Source: Choristocarpus tenellus KU-1152 (Eukaryota > Protista > Phaeophyceae). Taken from it: 33,116 nt of DNA. The translations under genes were made by a program, and so were the position numbers. Under the pieces are notes generated by a model. It searched no databases. It worked only from the letters and a program-made list of their open reading frames with translations, and had not been told where the DNA came from. Shown piece by piece: positions 11,611-25,600 of the stretch. Position 1 is the first letter of the stretch. Each line of letters begins with the position of its first letter. The stretch is taken from the NCBI GenBank assembly GCA_964200185.2, contig CAXNAD020000067.1, forward strand, positions 1 to 33,116. Reading direction: 5' to 3'.

Positions 11611-14600
11611 CTTTAAAGAGATAAGGAGAACAACTGTGTGTGAGTGGTGGGTGGGCAGGCGGACGTGTGGTGATTGAAGATCTCGTGGCATGTTGTCTTT
11701 TTCATGCCCATGTCTAAATCCAATTCACTACTTTGGCACACATAACTGGATAATAATCCTCACCTAACAGAAAAAGGCAAAGAACTTAATTAAAATGGAT
11801 GTGTTCTGAAGACATGCTGACATTAATAGAAACAATCTTGGCAGGGTGTGGGCCCAAATACACATCCTGCTCTTACAGAATCCTGAACTAAAATCACAAC
11901 CAAAAACTATCCTTATTACTGAATCAGCCTGGGGATATCGGATATCAACTACAGAAATGAGACCAGGTTCAGCTTAATGTTCTACTAGGCTAGGCCACGA
12001 TGTTCTATGTCCACATGCAAAGACTGGTTTAGGATATAACAAAAGTGGCACACATTAATACTATACATTGTTATCAGTATTCATAACAAAAAAATGTGCT
12101 AGTGGAGTCTTGAGGTCTTCATCTCGATCTGAATTAGTAAAATACAATACAAGAAAGAAAGAATGGGGAAGTTTTCAAATTGAAGTTACAACACCTGCAT
12201 GAAAACAGAGTTCCTTGCCTGATCAGTAATATACAAAACACCAGTATGGATCATCATTACCTCCTACTCCTCTCCCAATGAACATGTGATATCTATCCAA
12301 ACAAATTCCAACACTACTAAAATACAAATGGAAAGGGTCATTAGGTTTGGCAAAAAATTTCGCCTTTTTCATCATTTGGCAAAACAATCAATGCTAATCC
12401 CAAAATACGTTAGAAGGTAATGTTTCAATAGATACAAAATTTCCATTATGTCATGTTACCTTTTTTGGTTAACAAAAAGCCAACTTCCCCGATAAGAACA
12501 GACTTCACACCGAAAAATGGGGGTAATTCAACAAGGGCATACAGTTCAATATTTGTGAGTGGGTGCAAGGGGAAGGGGGGCGGATGGATGACCAAGTGTC
12601 CTCCCGCCAACCAAGAAAAACACCAATCAAGTTCAAAATAAGTCAGTATGTTGGCATTACCACTCCAGACATTACAATTTTTTTTTTTATTACCTACATG
12701 AAAAAACAAAATAAAACCTCAACCGCTACAGTCTATATCCCAGCACACTAAACACCCACACTGCATAGCATGCTTAGTTGCTTCCAGAGTAATAAATCGC
12801 AACAAAATTAGAAGCAGATGCACTCTATACTGATAAATGAGCAATTCCATTTTGAAATCATCGTAAAATATATCAATACTGCTTACGACGAAGGAGCTTT
12901 TGATAAGAAAGTTTTTTATTTTTATTTTTTTTATTGAAACTAATAAACAAGCATTTGCGCACAACAGTACCCACTATTGCACCTGAACTTAATTTTGGCC
13001 CGCCTCTTCCTCTCAGCTTCTTCTGCATCAGTGAACACCCTGAGGAATAGATTCCAAGAATTTCTCTTTTTCTTAGCTAACAATTATAACTAGAAAAATA
13101 CAGAGGAAAAAACAGTTGGCTCACTGTCAGCAATATTACCACAGGAATGGAAGTGTCAGTGCAACAAATGACTGTTGAAGAAGCTGATGATGATATGATG
13201 GGAAAAAAAAGTGTACCATGAGCAGTAGATATGTAAAAGTGATTAATATCATAACATTATACCAGCCTAACAACCCCCCAGTATGAACTTGGTGGCAATT
13301 TTCAATTTGTTGTCAACATCAGTGGACCTCTGACAAACCGGTAAGTTTCCATCCCGTCTTCTAGCTTTGAATGAAGCCTCCAAAGAAGAGGAGCAAAATT
13401 TAACAGTTCCACACACCCTTGAAAATGAGATGAATATATATATGTATGTGTTGAAGGGTGCTATATGTTTTGGCGATTTTGGCATTGGTATCAGAAAATA
13501 AAATACCAAGTACAAGCACATGCAGCTACGTATTAAAAAATATATTGAGCCATTACATAGAAACCTAAGCAAGTGCAGTGTGACCAAAATTTCCAAGACC
13601 CACAATGTGCATAGCTCATTATATAAGTCTTCCATAATGGGGAACAGGAGGGTGTTGTGTATGACGGATTTCAGCTGTGAGTGTACTAACCCTAACATCC
13701 ACGAAGTCTCACATCTAAAGGTTGGTCATGTTAGAGGCCTAGGGTTAGGGGGTGTTGAGAGGGAGTGGGAAAGGTAGAAAGGTAAGTTAACATTAGTCAT
13801 GTACGGGTGTCCTACCTTACAAGCCACTGAGAACATTTCTTCCATGAGAAAGTTGTGCAGGGTGGGCGGGCTGAAATGATATGTGAGATGCTCTCAATTT
13901 CCTCAAACTACTCAGTAACACACAAATGCCAACCAAAGAGTGTTATCAAAAGTGAACCAATCCCAAACAACATTTCACATTTCACAAAATTTCTTCTATG
14001 CAATATCTTCAAACACAAAAAAGATAGGTATTGTACAAGTAGTGAGCAAAAGGGGGAATAGGGTTAGTGTTGTGATTAGAACAATATATACTTCACAGTA
14101 CCTAACACTAGCCCAATAAAGCATAGAGAGTCAGTTGCTAAACATTGTAGATCTGCATCTGTTGGCTAGATCTAGTCATGTGGCCTGCCTGACAGCACAC
14201 TGTATATCCATACTACATTGCCCACCAGTATATAGTAGTATCCACCCAATTTTCCACTCCATGTGTCTATTGTACCATCTCGAACCAAACCCACAAAACC
14301 TTGATACTACTCCAGTTGTATTTATTCTACACTACTACAAATGAACCACAATCACAAGTATCCAACAACTATTCTTCACACAAATGGGCCACAACATACA
14401 AATATTCCTCAACACAGGAGCATGCTAGTACTCTGCTGCTAGAGACCAATACACAAAATCAGCACTGATAAAAACTGTTCCACATCTGTGCTAACTCTAA
14501 CTTTTAACTTGTGACTAAATCGCTCTTGTCACTCACTATTGCCATCCATTGAAGACCTAAGTACATATCAGCCCCTAACCCTAGCTCTATATTTCCATCT

Positions 14601-17600
14601 TTCGTGGCTAAGGTGAGAGTTAGGGTTAGTACTAGTACCACTATCAATATCATCTTGTCCTGACTAAGTATCCATTGGTGATCTCCTCCTCACCCACTCG
14701 GATTGAGCTGAGCTGCGAGAGTCATTTGACCCATTGCCTAGAATGATGAAGTCAAGACCATACCGTATACTATAAAAATTATGCAAATATGTACTCCAGA
14801 GTATGTTTTGTACCATACCACATGTATCCTTAGGACTAGGGTTAGGGCTAACCCCAACCCTGATCCAAACCAATATCAAATCTAATTTGATTGCAAAAAA
14901 CTAGCACCTACAGAGAGGTATCACATTTCTGCACAACCTGCAACCACCAAAACGTACTACTGCATGCAAAGAACTAGGAATAATAAAACTTAAAATCACC
15001 TTACCTTATTATCTTCACACACACAGATTTCAACTATACAAAATAACATCAAGAGTGCAATAAAACTGAAAGAGAGAGCAACCACAACTTTCCCCCGACC
15101 CCCTCACTATCCTCCCCCACCCACAGTTAATACTGGCTATAACTCGTACCTCACAGCCTCTGCAGCTGTCATATTGCCAGCTTTCAAGGTCTCATCTATC
15201 TCGCTCAGTGAATACACTGTCTCTACCTCCTGCAGTAGAATCAGGGAGGGGGGTTGGGCCGGGTCTTGTAGGGTTATTGTCAAGTAAACGCCTTTGTTCC
15301 ACTATAAGCACCAACTACTGTTTCCCCTCCATCCCCTTATCTCAACCCTAAACCTAACACCTAGTGCAATTGTGTCTACTACTATTCACTACAGAAGAGA
15401 CAAAATGTCAAACACCATTACAAAATCCAATAGCAGACAGAAAAAGAGACCGGAACCTTCTTAGCATCCTTCCGAGGTCGGCGTTTGGCCAGTTGTGCAG
15501 CCTTGTATTCTGGGTTTGCCCATCGTTCTTTTGCAAGTTCAGCTCTCCTGCTCCATGACCCTTCATCCTTCGGAAGCAATCCCTCTCTGACAGGCCCCTT
15601 TTTCACAAATACACACACACACACACACCACAGGCCCAAATTCAGGTGGTATTTGCATGCTCTTATCACATGTGTTACAGAAACTTGGTTTAACATATAG
15701 TGTATGTGGGATGTATTGGGGTGACTACTAATTCAAGAGGCTGCTGTCCAGGACAGTCTAGCAGAGACATACGCGCATGGCAATAGATAGACTGTAGATA
15801 GACTGTAGATACACTGATGTAGACATACACATGTAAGACACACATCTAAGTCTACATTCCCATAGAACACAACAGTGCAGCGTAGGCGAATTGCAACGCA
15901 AAACAAACATCCACCTTCCTAAGTAATTCATCAACAAATATCATTATTCAGTGTGCAAAGGACAAATTGGCAAGCACACATACATCCTCACATGACAACA
16001 CATATCACACACAATTAGATGTACAAACAAGTTGGAAGAACTTTCTTAGTTGAAACATTTACACACAAACATATGTAGGGAGATGTGGGTACACAAACAT
16101 GCTTGTCGTAGTCAGGACCCAAGTCCTTTTCAGGAGGCCTGAGAAACACAGAGTCACTAACTTCCTTCTCTGCATCATAGAACATAGGGTCTTCACCCAA
16201 CTGCTCTGCCCTCTTCTGCGCCTCCTGCCTCTCCCTCTTGGCTTTGTAAGGAACCCTATACCTGTACCAAGCAGCATTTGTCACATTTCATTCACTGAGC
16301 ACTGTGATACCACTGGTACAACCCTAACCCTGACAGATACAAATCCTCCAAGTACTTTGTACTAGTGTAGCATTGATAGTACCACTTGTAGCACAATAAA
16401 AATATTATTTTTATCCAATGCTAACCCTAACCCATAAAAACACACATTATTGTTAGAACCCTAATACAACTAACACTAAAAATATAAATGGTGCTGAGGC
16501 GAGCACCATACCTGCAGTAGTCTGCCCCCATCCATGCAGAAAAGGGTTGCCCTTTAGGCAAGGAATTGTCCCAGTCCAAGGGGAAGAGATTTGACCACAT
16601 GTAGGGAGGAGGAAGCTGTCCCTATCTAAGGAACAGGTGGGAAGGATTTGCCCCTACCCAGCAGGGAAGTGGTGCCATCTATCCAGGGGAGAGGGGTTTG
16701 GCCCTATCCAGTGGAAAAGGGATTGTCCCTTTGAGGTGGGATTAGACTACACCTATCATGAAGGTGAAGGGTTGCCCTATGGAGGGGGAAGGTAGTCGCC
16801 CTCATCCATAAAATATTCATAAGTGAAAAGGTACGCTAAGATGATACTTGAACTTGGATTGCACGAACACCATAAAAACATCAACTGTGCAAAAATTATA
16901 ATTAGGTGAGACTTGGACTAAGACTTGAAATAAACTTGCCGTAGGTATAAAACAATTAGTTCATTGTTCATCCGTGACATTTGAAAATGCGTATATTAAA
17001 AGGAGAAGGGCTCAGGGTACACGGCATTGTTTGCAAGGTGTTAAGTACGGACAGGATAGGCCACTTGATTTGTTTCATCCAAGTCATTACCCTAACCCTA
17101 ATCCTTTCCGTAGAGCAAAATTCATGAGCAAAATGTCTAAAAGCGTGTCTGAGGAACAAAATGGGCTGTTTTTGCACTTCACCTGCTTTGCAACCCTAAC
17201 CCTAAAGGGACACTTTTTGCACACTATCATGCAACCCTGCCTCTATAAAATACTTGGTACTACTATTAGCATGCATTACAACTATTAATGTATTACATCT
17301 CAGACCGGTTGTCACTAGGTAACCTACTTGCATCATAGCAAAAAAATAATAAAAAACTCAAAAGGTATCAAGCACCAGATGCTTGTAAAAATCTTAAGAA
17401 ATCGAGGGATCTTGAGGCCCAACACTGCAAAACTGATCCCACTCAGATCAAACAGTCCTAACCCTGACCCTAACCCTAAACCAGAAAGTTGATGAAAGAA
17501 AACCCCCCACTAAGCATCACATTTGATTTCAAATGACTCAATTGTACTATCATGATGCGATCTTATCATGGGAGACACATCTGGGGCAGTCTGACAACAT

Positions 17601-20600
17601 TTTGGACAGGCCAAAGACAGAAGAGTTTCCTCCTACTTGTGTGCATCACACAGGCTCTTCTTGGGTACCCTACAACTGGTGTATGGCTTGTGCTAGAGTG
17701 TGACATCTTGTGTATGGCTTGGCAAGTGGTGTCCAGCAAAAAAGCCTCAATGAACACCGTAAACACCAGGATGATGATGATGATGATGATGATGATGGGG
17801 CTATTTTACTGGGGGGAATACAACTCCATTCCAAACAAACTGCCAATGTTCTTGAGGGAGGAGGTCAAACAGGCAGTGCCTGATTGCATGAGAAATACAT
17901 CATAGAGAGGCCAATATGGACTGGTTGGGGACAGCACATTGTCAGACCATCAGAAGATGCCTTAAATGAGAACTTAGATGTACCTGAATTTGAAGCTGAT
18001 GACAAAAGAGGTGCTTTTGAAAGAGCAACTTACACCAGTACATAACTGATATTGCAGTTGGGGGTAGCCTACTTTTAACCAGTGTGGATGAGCTTCCTCA
18101 TTGATCAGCTGGTTGAAGCAGGCCAGGCTCAACTGAACCATCAATTATATATCTTGCTCTCACAAACCAGGTCTTTGTTATCAGAGTCAAACTCAGGTGT
18201 ATTGAAGTTACTAATGAAGTTCTCGTTGCATATTATCCATACAGACAATGGGTTGGAGGAGCCATTTCCATCATGGTGCTTGTGCAAAGGAAAAAACTTG
18301 CTTCACCCACAGTCAGTGCTCATACAATACTCTCATCTACTGCTCTGATGGTAATAAGATTAGTATGTTACTGTTATTATAACTTTAGTGAACTGTGTTA
18401 TGCAATAGCTGTGTTACATAATGGACTTGGGTGTTACAGGGATAGCATAGTACTGCGTATGGTTTGGATAGGATAATTTGGATAGGATACTTTGGATGGG
18501 ATACTTTGGATAGGATACTTGCGGGTGTTACATTACAGGTATAACCTTGCTCATGTACTCTACTGTATTTGCACTGCTGATTTACCTCTTCACATACTGC
18601 ATGATTGGCTTAGCAGCCCTGCTCACGGCCAATTGCTCATCAATTATTTCATCCTCCTCCAATGAACTCAGCTTCAGTGGACCGGTCATATCTACTTCTG
18701 ACTTCACCTGCAAAAGAAGAAGCAGAAGCAGAAGGAGATAGAGATGGATATGGAGAAACAGAATGAGAGAAGAAAAGAGGTAGAAAGGGAGAAGAAAAAG
18801 GTTGAGGAAGTCACTTGAGCTTTCATACAACAAAAACGAATCTTCAACAAGTTCAAGAAGGACACTAAGAACAATAAATAAGACGGCTTCCAAATACAAT
18901 CACCAAAAATAAGATGCATACAGAAAAAGAGGCAATAAAAGACTTTAAGTTAGAACAGTAGTGCTAATTCAATTTAAAGCACAAAAAGGTGCAATAACAA
19001 TGACACAGGCATATACTATATCCTCTTGTTCATACTACTGCAACAAAAACTGAATCTACAAAATATTTCTGTCAGTGAGGCTTAACTTGAGGGGTCAAAC
19101 ATTGGGTCTTTAAAGTCTTGCTTCAACCCTCCATCGCGAAGCTTAGAAACCATCCTCCACAGGATGGCAGTGAATCACTCCAAAGGAACTGGGACACCTT
19201 TGGAACTATATATTATAATGTAGTACATAAAACAAATGACAACCTGTAGTGCCATGGTGACTAAAAATGACACTTCATATATACCTTGAATGACTTAAAA
19301 CAGAACTGTCATACCACACTCAACAAAACACAAAAGCATCCACACTTGCACTATTTGACGCTGTTGGAACTAACCCTAACCCTAACCCTAACCCTAACTA
19401 AGAAAATACCATCACACCATACTGACATGGCGGGAGAAGATGACTACCCAATAGTATGTACAAAGGTACAATGCATTAAAATAGTAGTACACTCAACGTC
19501 AATATAATTTATTGTGGATCCAATTTTTGCGTTGGCCTTACCCAAACTACCAACATGATACACACAATTCCCTATTTTATTATTGAAATATGAAGGGTAT
19601 TTGGGAGGTGAAAGTGAGGAGAATAAAACCTTGTTTTGAACACGCTGGTGAGAGGGTTTTCCATCTCTTAGAACAGACCACACCCGCCAAAAAAATGTCC
19701 CCTAGATAGTTAAAAAGACAAGATAAGAAAATTAGTCTGACAATCGTTGCAAGGCTAACCCTAACCCTAATCTTAGCTGTCATTTGGTGAGGTAAGGGTT
19801 AGGGATTAAAAACGTGTTTCTCCTCCACGATGAGTTGGAGTACACTAGAATTGTTTTTGGCAACTACACAAAACCCTAAATAATGAGTACCTCTCAACCC
19901 AAATGATCATATTACTCTTTGCATTGTATTACACCTTGAGGAGGCATCTGTTTATCAATCCCCAATGAAAAAAACGAAAATTATCCCCACAATTGCTGGC
20001 AGTCCAAATTGACCCTAAAATTCTACTGAGTGTAGTAGTGTACAGTGTTTGGGGGTAGTAGTGTACCGCTATCTAGACACACCAAGAACACAGCCTTAAT
20101 ATTCTCAGGCTCCATACTGACAGTTTCCATGGATCGCATCCTTGATTAGTGCCTTGATTAGTGGGTAAACCCGATGGAAGCAAGTGTTTTAAGGGTTAGG
20201 GTTAGGGTTGTTTTAAGTGCACCGGCCGTAGACAATGCAAATTAATGTTGCACTGAAAAATCTCCAACTCCTCAAGAGCACATACCTCACACAGTTACAC
20301 TCCACAGTATTTTCCACATTAAAGTAATAGGGGTAGGGTCAGTGTTAGCCATTGATTAGAACTCACTCCGCAAGCAAGATCTATTGAGAAAGACCTGCAG
20401 TCTTCTCTTGATGCAGTCTAATGCCTCCAAGTTAACACCAGCATACAGCAGAAAGTTGTACAAACACGTTCAAATTAATACAAAATAAAGTGTGTAAACT
20501 AGGTTTCACTCTGCACACCACAATGAAGGGCACCTCAATGAAGTTATCTGCATCTACTCAACTTGAACAACTGCTGCATAACCCTAACCCTAACCCTAAC

Positions 20601-21849
20601 CTATCCAAGGATACAGCACTACCAGAAAAATACAGAGCAACACCACTTCACATAAACATCTCTAACTCCAACATGAACAAGATGAACACAAAATAATCCA
20701 TTCTATATAACCCTTACAACTACAACACCTGTGCTTACGCATTACTTGCTACATTGCCATGTTAGCCCTAGCCCTAACAAAAATAAAAATTGTTTCTTCT
20801 CCATATAGAGATGGGTGGGAACTATGTATGGGAAATCACAATAATTTTGATGTTTTCTCCCTCATTCATCCTATACTTTATAATACAGTTGCAGATAGTC
20901 ACTAATACATAATATCTACATAATATCATGGTGTGCTTGTTCGTGTGCCTTCCACCCTAACCCTGTATAAAGAGCATAGCAGAGAACAAGTATGCAACGT
21001 GTGCAATTGGTACAAAAACGAAATGGAGTGAACATGACTACGACAAGTCATGCTGTAGATACTCTTTCTAATCATGGTTTTGTACGTAAACATGATATTC
21101 AAACATAACAAGTAAAGGCTAGGGCTAGGGTTAGGGTTAGGGTTAGGGTTGGGGAAAGAGGAAAACAAATGGATTCACCCAAAAGGGTTTTCAAAGGCTT
21201 AAGAAGGTCTAGCTTGGTCCTCTCAACCTAGCTTTGACATTAATCCATAACTGCAACATTGAACACGCACATACTTCAAAGCACGTGTCAGAGAGAGCAA
21301 GTACGTCCATCCATTCCCCCCCACACACACTCTTAGACCCAGAGATTCTGGGGATTGATGGTCGGCAAAGCCCAAGCAACCTTTGGCCTTCACACCAATC
21401 CCCCTCACCTTAACCCACAAGGTTCTACTCACAAGGGCAGAGGAACGGGCGACCGTCATTTGAAGTGAGTGCATCTAGTGATCTCTATCTACTTCTGGCA
21501 GTACGTTTCTCTCACCAAAGCTTCCATCAGCTCCAGCGTGCTTCCGATGGGTTTCGATGAAGGTTCATCCTCTTCACTGGAATCTTCAGGATTACTTCTC
21601 TTGCGTCTGATGTATGTAAGGTCGGGAGGAGGGGGGTGAATCTGAGACACCTGCAACTGGGCGAGAAAACATTCAACTGACCTCAGTGCGAGATTCCTGC
21701 ATCAGAAATGCGACTCATGTTGTAATACATACCACAGGAGTGAGATGCATTTCTTCTATGTTCGCCGGTATCCACTTCCATTGCTGGAGCGCAGCCATTA
21801 TTGAAGGAATGGAACAAAAAATCAATGAATGATATCTCGAGGTAAGCAT
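10170..21849 (-). CDS. 11-exon gene, ~791-aa hypothetical DNA-binding protein: basic/coiled-coil N-half with RWANPEYK (NUMOD3-like) motif, acidic disordered linker, C-terminal AT-hooks
   Basis: Hand-spliced exons (minus strand): 21849-21733 (alternative ATG 21798), 21650-21516, 18707-18586, 16261-16099, 15597-15457, 15229-15155, 14737-14694, 13870-13816, 13364-13339, 13039-12983, 11610-10170. All introns are GT-AG with matching phases; total 2376 nt, no internal stop. Junction reads include ELMEAL|VKSEVD, YVKR|YRVPY, LNPSG|PPTLHN, ETYR|VFTDAEE, KIKFR|FENPQAWMEQK. The 16099/15597, 15155 and 13364 boundaries and the start codon are less certain. Confidence 0.75.
16540..16808 (+). repeat. Highly degenerate purine-rich minisatellite, approx. 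22-25 bp unit (GGGAAGGGATTTGCCCCTATCCAG-like)
   Basis: Recurrent ...AGGG(A)TTG(T)CCCTATC... blocks; unit boundaries imprecise. Confidence 0.6.
17770..17797 (+). repeat. (GAT)9 microsatellite
   Basis: Read directly. Confidence 0.9.
18463..18518 (+). repeat. 14 bp x 4 tandem repeat (TTTGGATAGGATAC)
   Basis: Read directly. Confidence 0.9.
19370..19398 (-). repeat. Interstitial telomeric tract (CCCTAA)4+
   Basis: Read directly; AACTAA at both edges. Confidence 0.93.
20192..20209 (+). repeat. Interstitial telomeric tract (AGGGTT)3 between TGTTTTAAG duplications
   Basis: Read directly. Confidence 0.9.
20580..20603 (-). repeat. Interstitial telomeric tract (CCCTAA)3+
   Basis: Read directly. Confidence 0.9.
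21117..21150 (+). repeat. Interstitial telomeric tract (CTAGGG)2(TTAGGG)3
   Basis: Read directly. Confidence 0.93.
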
Positions 21850-22502
21850 TCTGGCAGCTTCTTAGACGAAATCAAAAATCAGAAGGCTTCTCCAGAAAGG
21901 GAACTAGAGCGAGGGGGAACAAAGCTGTCTTCACCGGAGCGATCGTGTTATTGGTAAAAAGGAGCCAGCTACATAATCAAGTCCCTGCGAAAAAATATAG
22001 CTGGCCTTTCAGACCAAAGGATTGGTTAAATACAATGAAAAATAGACAACTTCAATATGGTGCCAAACTTTGAATTTTAGTGGTATTGGTCACAAGGACC
22101 CACTCTTGTGATGTATACGTGGGGAAAAATGTTCTTATGAGTACAATAAATCGAGGGATTACCTGGCCATGCAGAGGAAGTGCTCACTTCTCCGATCCTT
22201 TCGAATTGGTGTTGACCCTGCCCCACCCATACCTGTCCATCTCCTCCCTAGTAAGATTCCACCCGTTCCCAGTTTCAAGCTCGTCCAGAGATTCTGCCTC
22301 TCATAGACACGGATCAGCGGTTGTATCAATCCATTGCACTGCGCCGCGGCCACGGACAACAACATCACTGAAAGCTTCATCTGTCCAAGTATCGTATGTC
22401 ACAACTCGAACTCATCCCTTCTTCCAATGCTAAACCGCCACTCTTTCTCTACAAAACTATTATTTCGAATTTCGAACCTGGATTCCACAGGATGCAAAAA
22501 GG
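21850..22502. promoter_or_regulatory. Probable bidirectional promoter / 5' UTR region between head-to-head genes
   Basis: About 650 bp between two divergent start codons; visibly richer in CpG than the introns and free of telomeric tracts. No specific motif identified. Confidence 0.5.
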
Positions 22503-22675
22503 ATGGATCATCAAGGTCCAGGACCCCTCCTCACGCGGCACGGTCAGTGCAATGAACGTGGCAATGACCACTACCGCTTGGGACGATTCGAAGAGGCCTG
22601 TGTGCAGTATACTCAGGCCTTGTCAGATGTGCAAGGTGCTACAGCAGAATGCAGGTCCAAGTACTACGCGAACAG
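22503..22675 (+). CDS. Exon 1 of TPR-methyltransferase gene (first TPR; not in the ORF track)
   Basis: ATG at 22503; MDHQGPGPLLTRHGQCNERGNDHYRLGRFEEACVQYTQALSDVQGATAECRSKYYAN(R); donor CAG|GTGAGG. Confidence 0.85.
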
Positions 22676-25600
22676 GTGAGGATTCCTCAATATTTATGAC
22701 GGAATGCGCAGGATTTCCTCCTCACTACCTGGTATTCTCACTCATTGATCAGTAGATGCGATACTGTGGATGTAGTATATGTAGCGTTCTTAAGTTGTTG
22801 TGCAATTCTCCATAAAACTTGAATCTTGCCTGATGAGTAGTGGAGAAGTGTTTGGTATAGCCAACATGCTGCTCGCCTTCGGGTCTACAGGCGTGCCATA
22901 CGTTGATACTGCTGGCGGTAAAGATGAAGACATCTGGATGACCTACTTATTTTGGTCGCCATTTGCAGAAAGTGAAACGTAGCAGTGCTGTCTGGAATGG
23001 ATTGTTCCGTTTAGGATTAGTGAAGTCTCCTGAGATTTGCTGTTGTTGTGGGAAAATTGTTTTTGTTCCTTAATTGCTACCGGTATCGCAGACTGTGTAG
23101 ACTATGAAATTCACACTTGTCTGCAACGTTGTCAATATTTTTACACTTGTCTATTCATTGGCGTTTGAACAAACAAAGACATGCACATTTTCAAGAATCC
23201 AGATCCAGATGCTATTTCTTCCCATACCTTGATGCCTTCATGTCTCCTGACCAACACCTGACGACCTGCATTCAGTGAAAAATTTAACATGTAGGCGCCA
23301 CACAAGTGCCTTCTGCTCATACATACACACATATGCAAGCACAGCCCTAACCCTAGCCTATCACATCTGCTGATTTGTTTTGTAAATTTGTTTTGCAGAG
23401 CCCTGGCACATATACAATTGAGGAGATTCGATGTGAGGACCCCAAAGCTCTTCCAACACTTCCTCCCCAACTTCTGTTCCATATTTACTGGAACAGAACA
23501 AAAACATGCCTCTGCAGTTACTTGCGACAAGCAATACAGCTTCAGCACCAATGGTTGCAGTACCTCCTCAAATATTAGCCCATGGATGAGAGGAAATTGC
23601 CTGAAAGAGTATTTAAAAAACTTCTTTGACAAGCATGACGGTGGCCTATCACTATTGTATTATAGTTACTATCCCTTAGGCAGGTGTGAGTGTCTGCATA
23701 TGTGCTTGTGACAGGTCTAGAAAAGTCTGGCAAGTTTTGGCCAATGTATGAAGTTTGTATGATAGAGTAATGAAACAGCACATAGGGTTAGGGTTTATGT
23801 AGTATTAATACCTTGTTGCAGTACAGTGCATGGTATAACAAAAGATATCCGTATGCCACCAACATTGTGGTTATTGTTACTATCATACCACCCCGTTTAT
23901 TTCTGAAATGATATTTTAAAATGCTGAAATTGACCAGTTATATGTCCACCCACTGCTGCAGGAAGTGGGTTACTGATCTTCTTGTTGATATTTGATTCCC
24001 TTGCCCTAATCCAAGCCTACGCTGTATGTGTACAGGGACAATCTCAAAATGAATTTGTACTTCTACAGCTCTAGTCTCCAACAAAACACTTAAAATTGAT
24101 CCTTGCCCTAACCCCAACACTTTAAATATTATACTCCCAAGTATGACAGTCTGCGATAATAGTAGTAATAGTGTATTGAGAAAGTATTACCACAATCAAA
24201 TCCCTAGTATTGTAACACCAACCTCTATCTCAAAACTAATGTCCCTCGCCATGCCTCACCCTAATTTTGAGGAGCATTAATAAAATGAAGTATGATGTAC
24301 TTAGGGTTAGGGTTAGAATTATTTGTTGTAGTGTCGATACTCAAGTAAGTAGTCGGCAGTACAACAAGGAATTAACCCTGTATATCATATTGAAGTTTGA
24401 CCTGTATTGTGAATAGCTGTATTGTGAACCCTAACACTATTGTAAATAGTTAATCACTTTGAAAACATGAACCATACCAATACCCTTCCAACATCAGCCG
24501 CATAGGAGAGTACTTTGTACTGCATTTGATGTTCTGGGAAGTATGAACCGTGGTGTCAATGCTTGTTCATTAATGTGCTTTGTACACTGTGTGTTCTTTG
24601 AAGTATGTACCACATTACCAGTACTACTACAACAATTTGCTTTGAACTGTGAAATGTAAAACCAATACCACTGCAACAATATACCAATATGCTCAATAGA
24701 CTGCCTTGTACTTTTGCTGCTAGTATGTCCACCAATTACCCCACACAATTCATGGTCTTCTTTTTTCTGAATGCAATCTAGTAACTAATATAACAAATAT
24801 CTTTCTTGAAATCAAGAGTCTATGCTGTACCCTATTGCCATCAATCAATGAGGTCATTCGTACACAATGCAACATCTGTCTAAACAATGTTGAGGATTAA
24901 TACCTACCATGACTTATATCATCAAACAGTACCACTATACTGCTGTCAAGATGCATAAAACGCACTTTATTATGGTCACAACATTTTGCAGCCACAGCTA
25001 CAGAGCCAAATTTGCTGATATTCTGAGCATGAACAGCAACAGTGACCGCATCCTACCTGTAATGGAAATTATTTTTGGCTGCATCAACAAGATGATCACC
25101 ATTACAGTTACATGATCACTGCCATTGAATCTTCCATGCAGGAGTTGTGACTGCCAATTCTTTCACCTCAACTAAGGGGGTTTGTATGTCAACCTGATGA
25201 CTGTATGTCAGTGAACACACTCAATTTTTTTCTTTGTGTGCTTGATTTTCACCCCGATCCAGGAGGCATCAACAGATTGCTCTTTGTCATTGCAGGAGTT
25301 CCCGGCTAATCTGAAGGCATTGATACGGCGAGCCCGTTGTTGGGAGGCTCTGGGGCGCTGGGGTTCAGCGGTGGAGGACTACAGGAAGGCGTTGTCTCAG
25401 GCAATGGTGGCACTTCCAGGTGGTGGCAACAACAGTGGCGGAACTGGATCTTTGAGGAGGACAGCTTCTGACGGCCTGAGCCGTGCAGAAGCGAATGCCA
25501 AGGCTGACATGAAGGTGCAAAGATATTTCTGAACAGTGGCATTACAGATCCGTACCAGGAGAGGGTATCATTCCCCAGGTGTCACTTTGTGTCCAGTACT

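Noticed and set aside
20360-20440. Possible extra exon of the minus-strand gene
   Set aside because: Exons 2 and 3 already join in frame with sensible text; the splice signals here are ambiguous.
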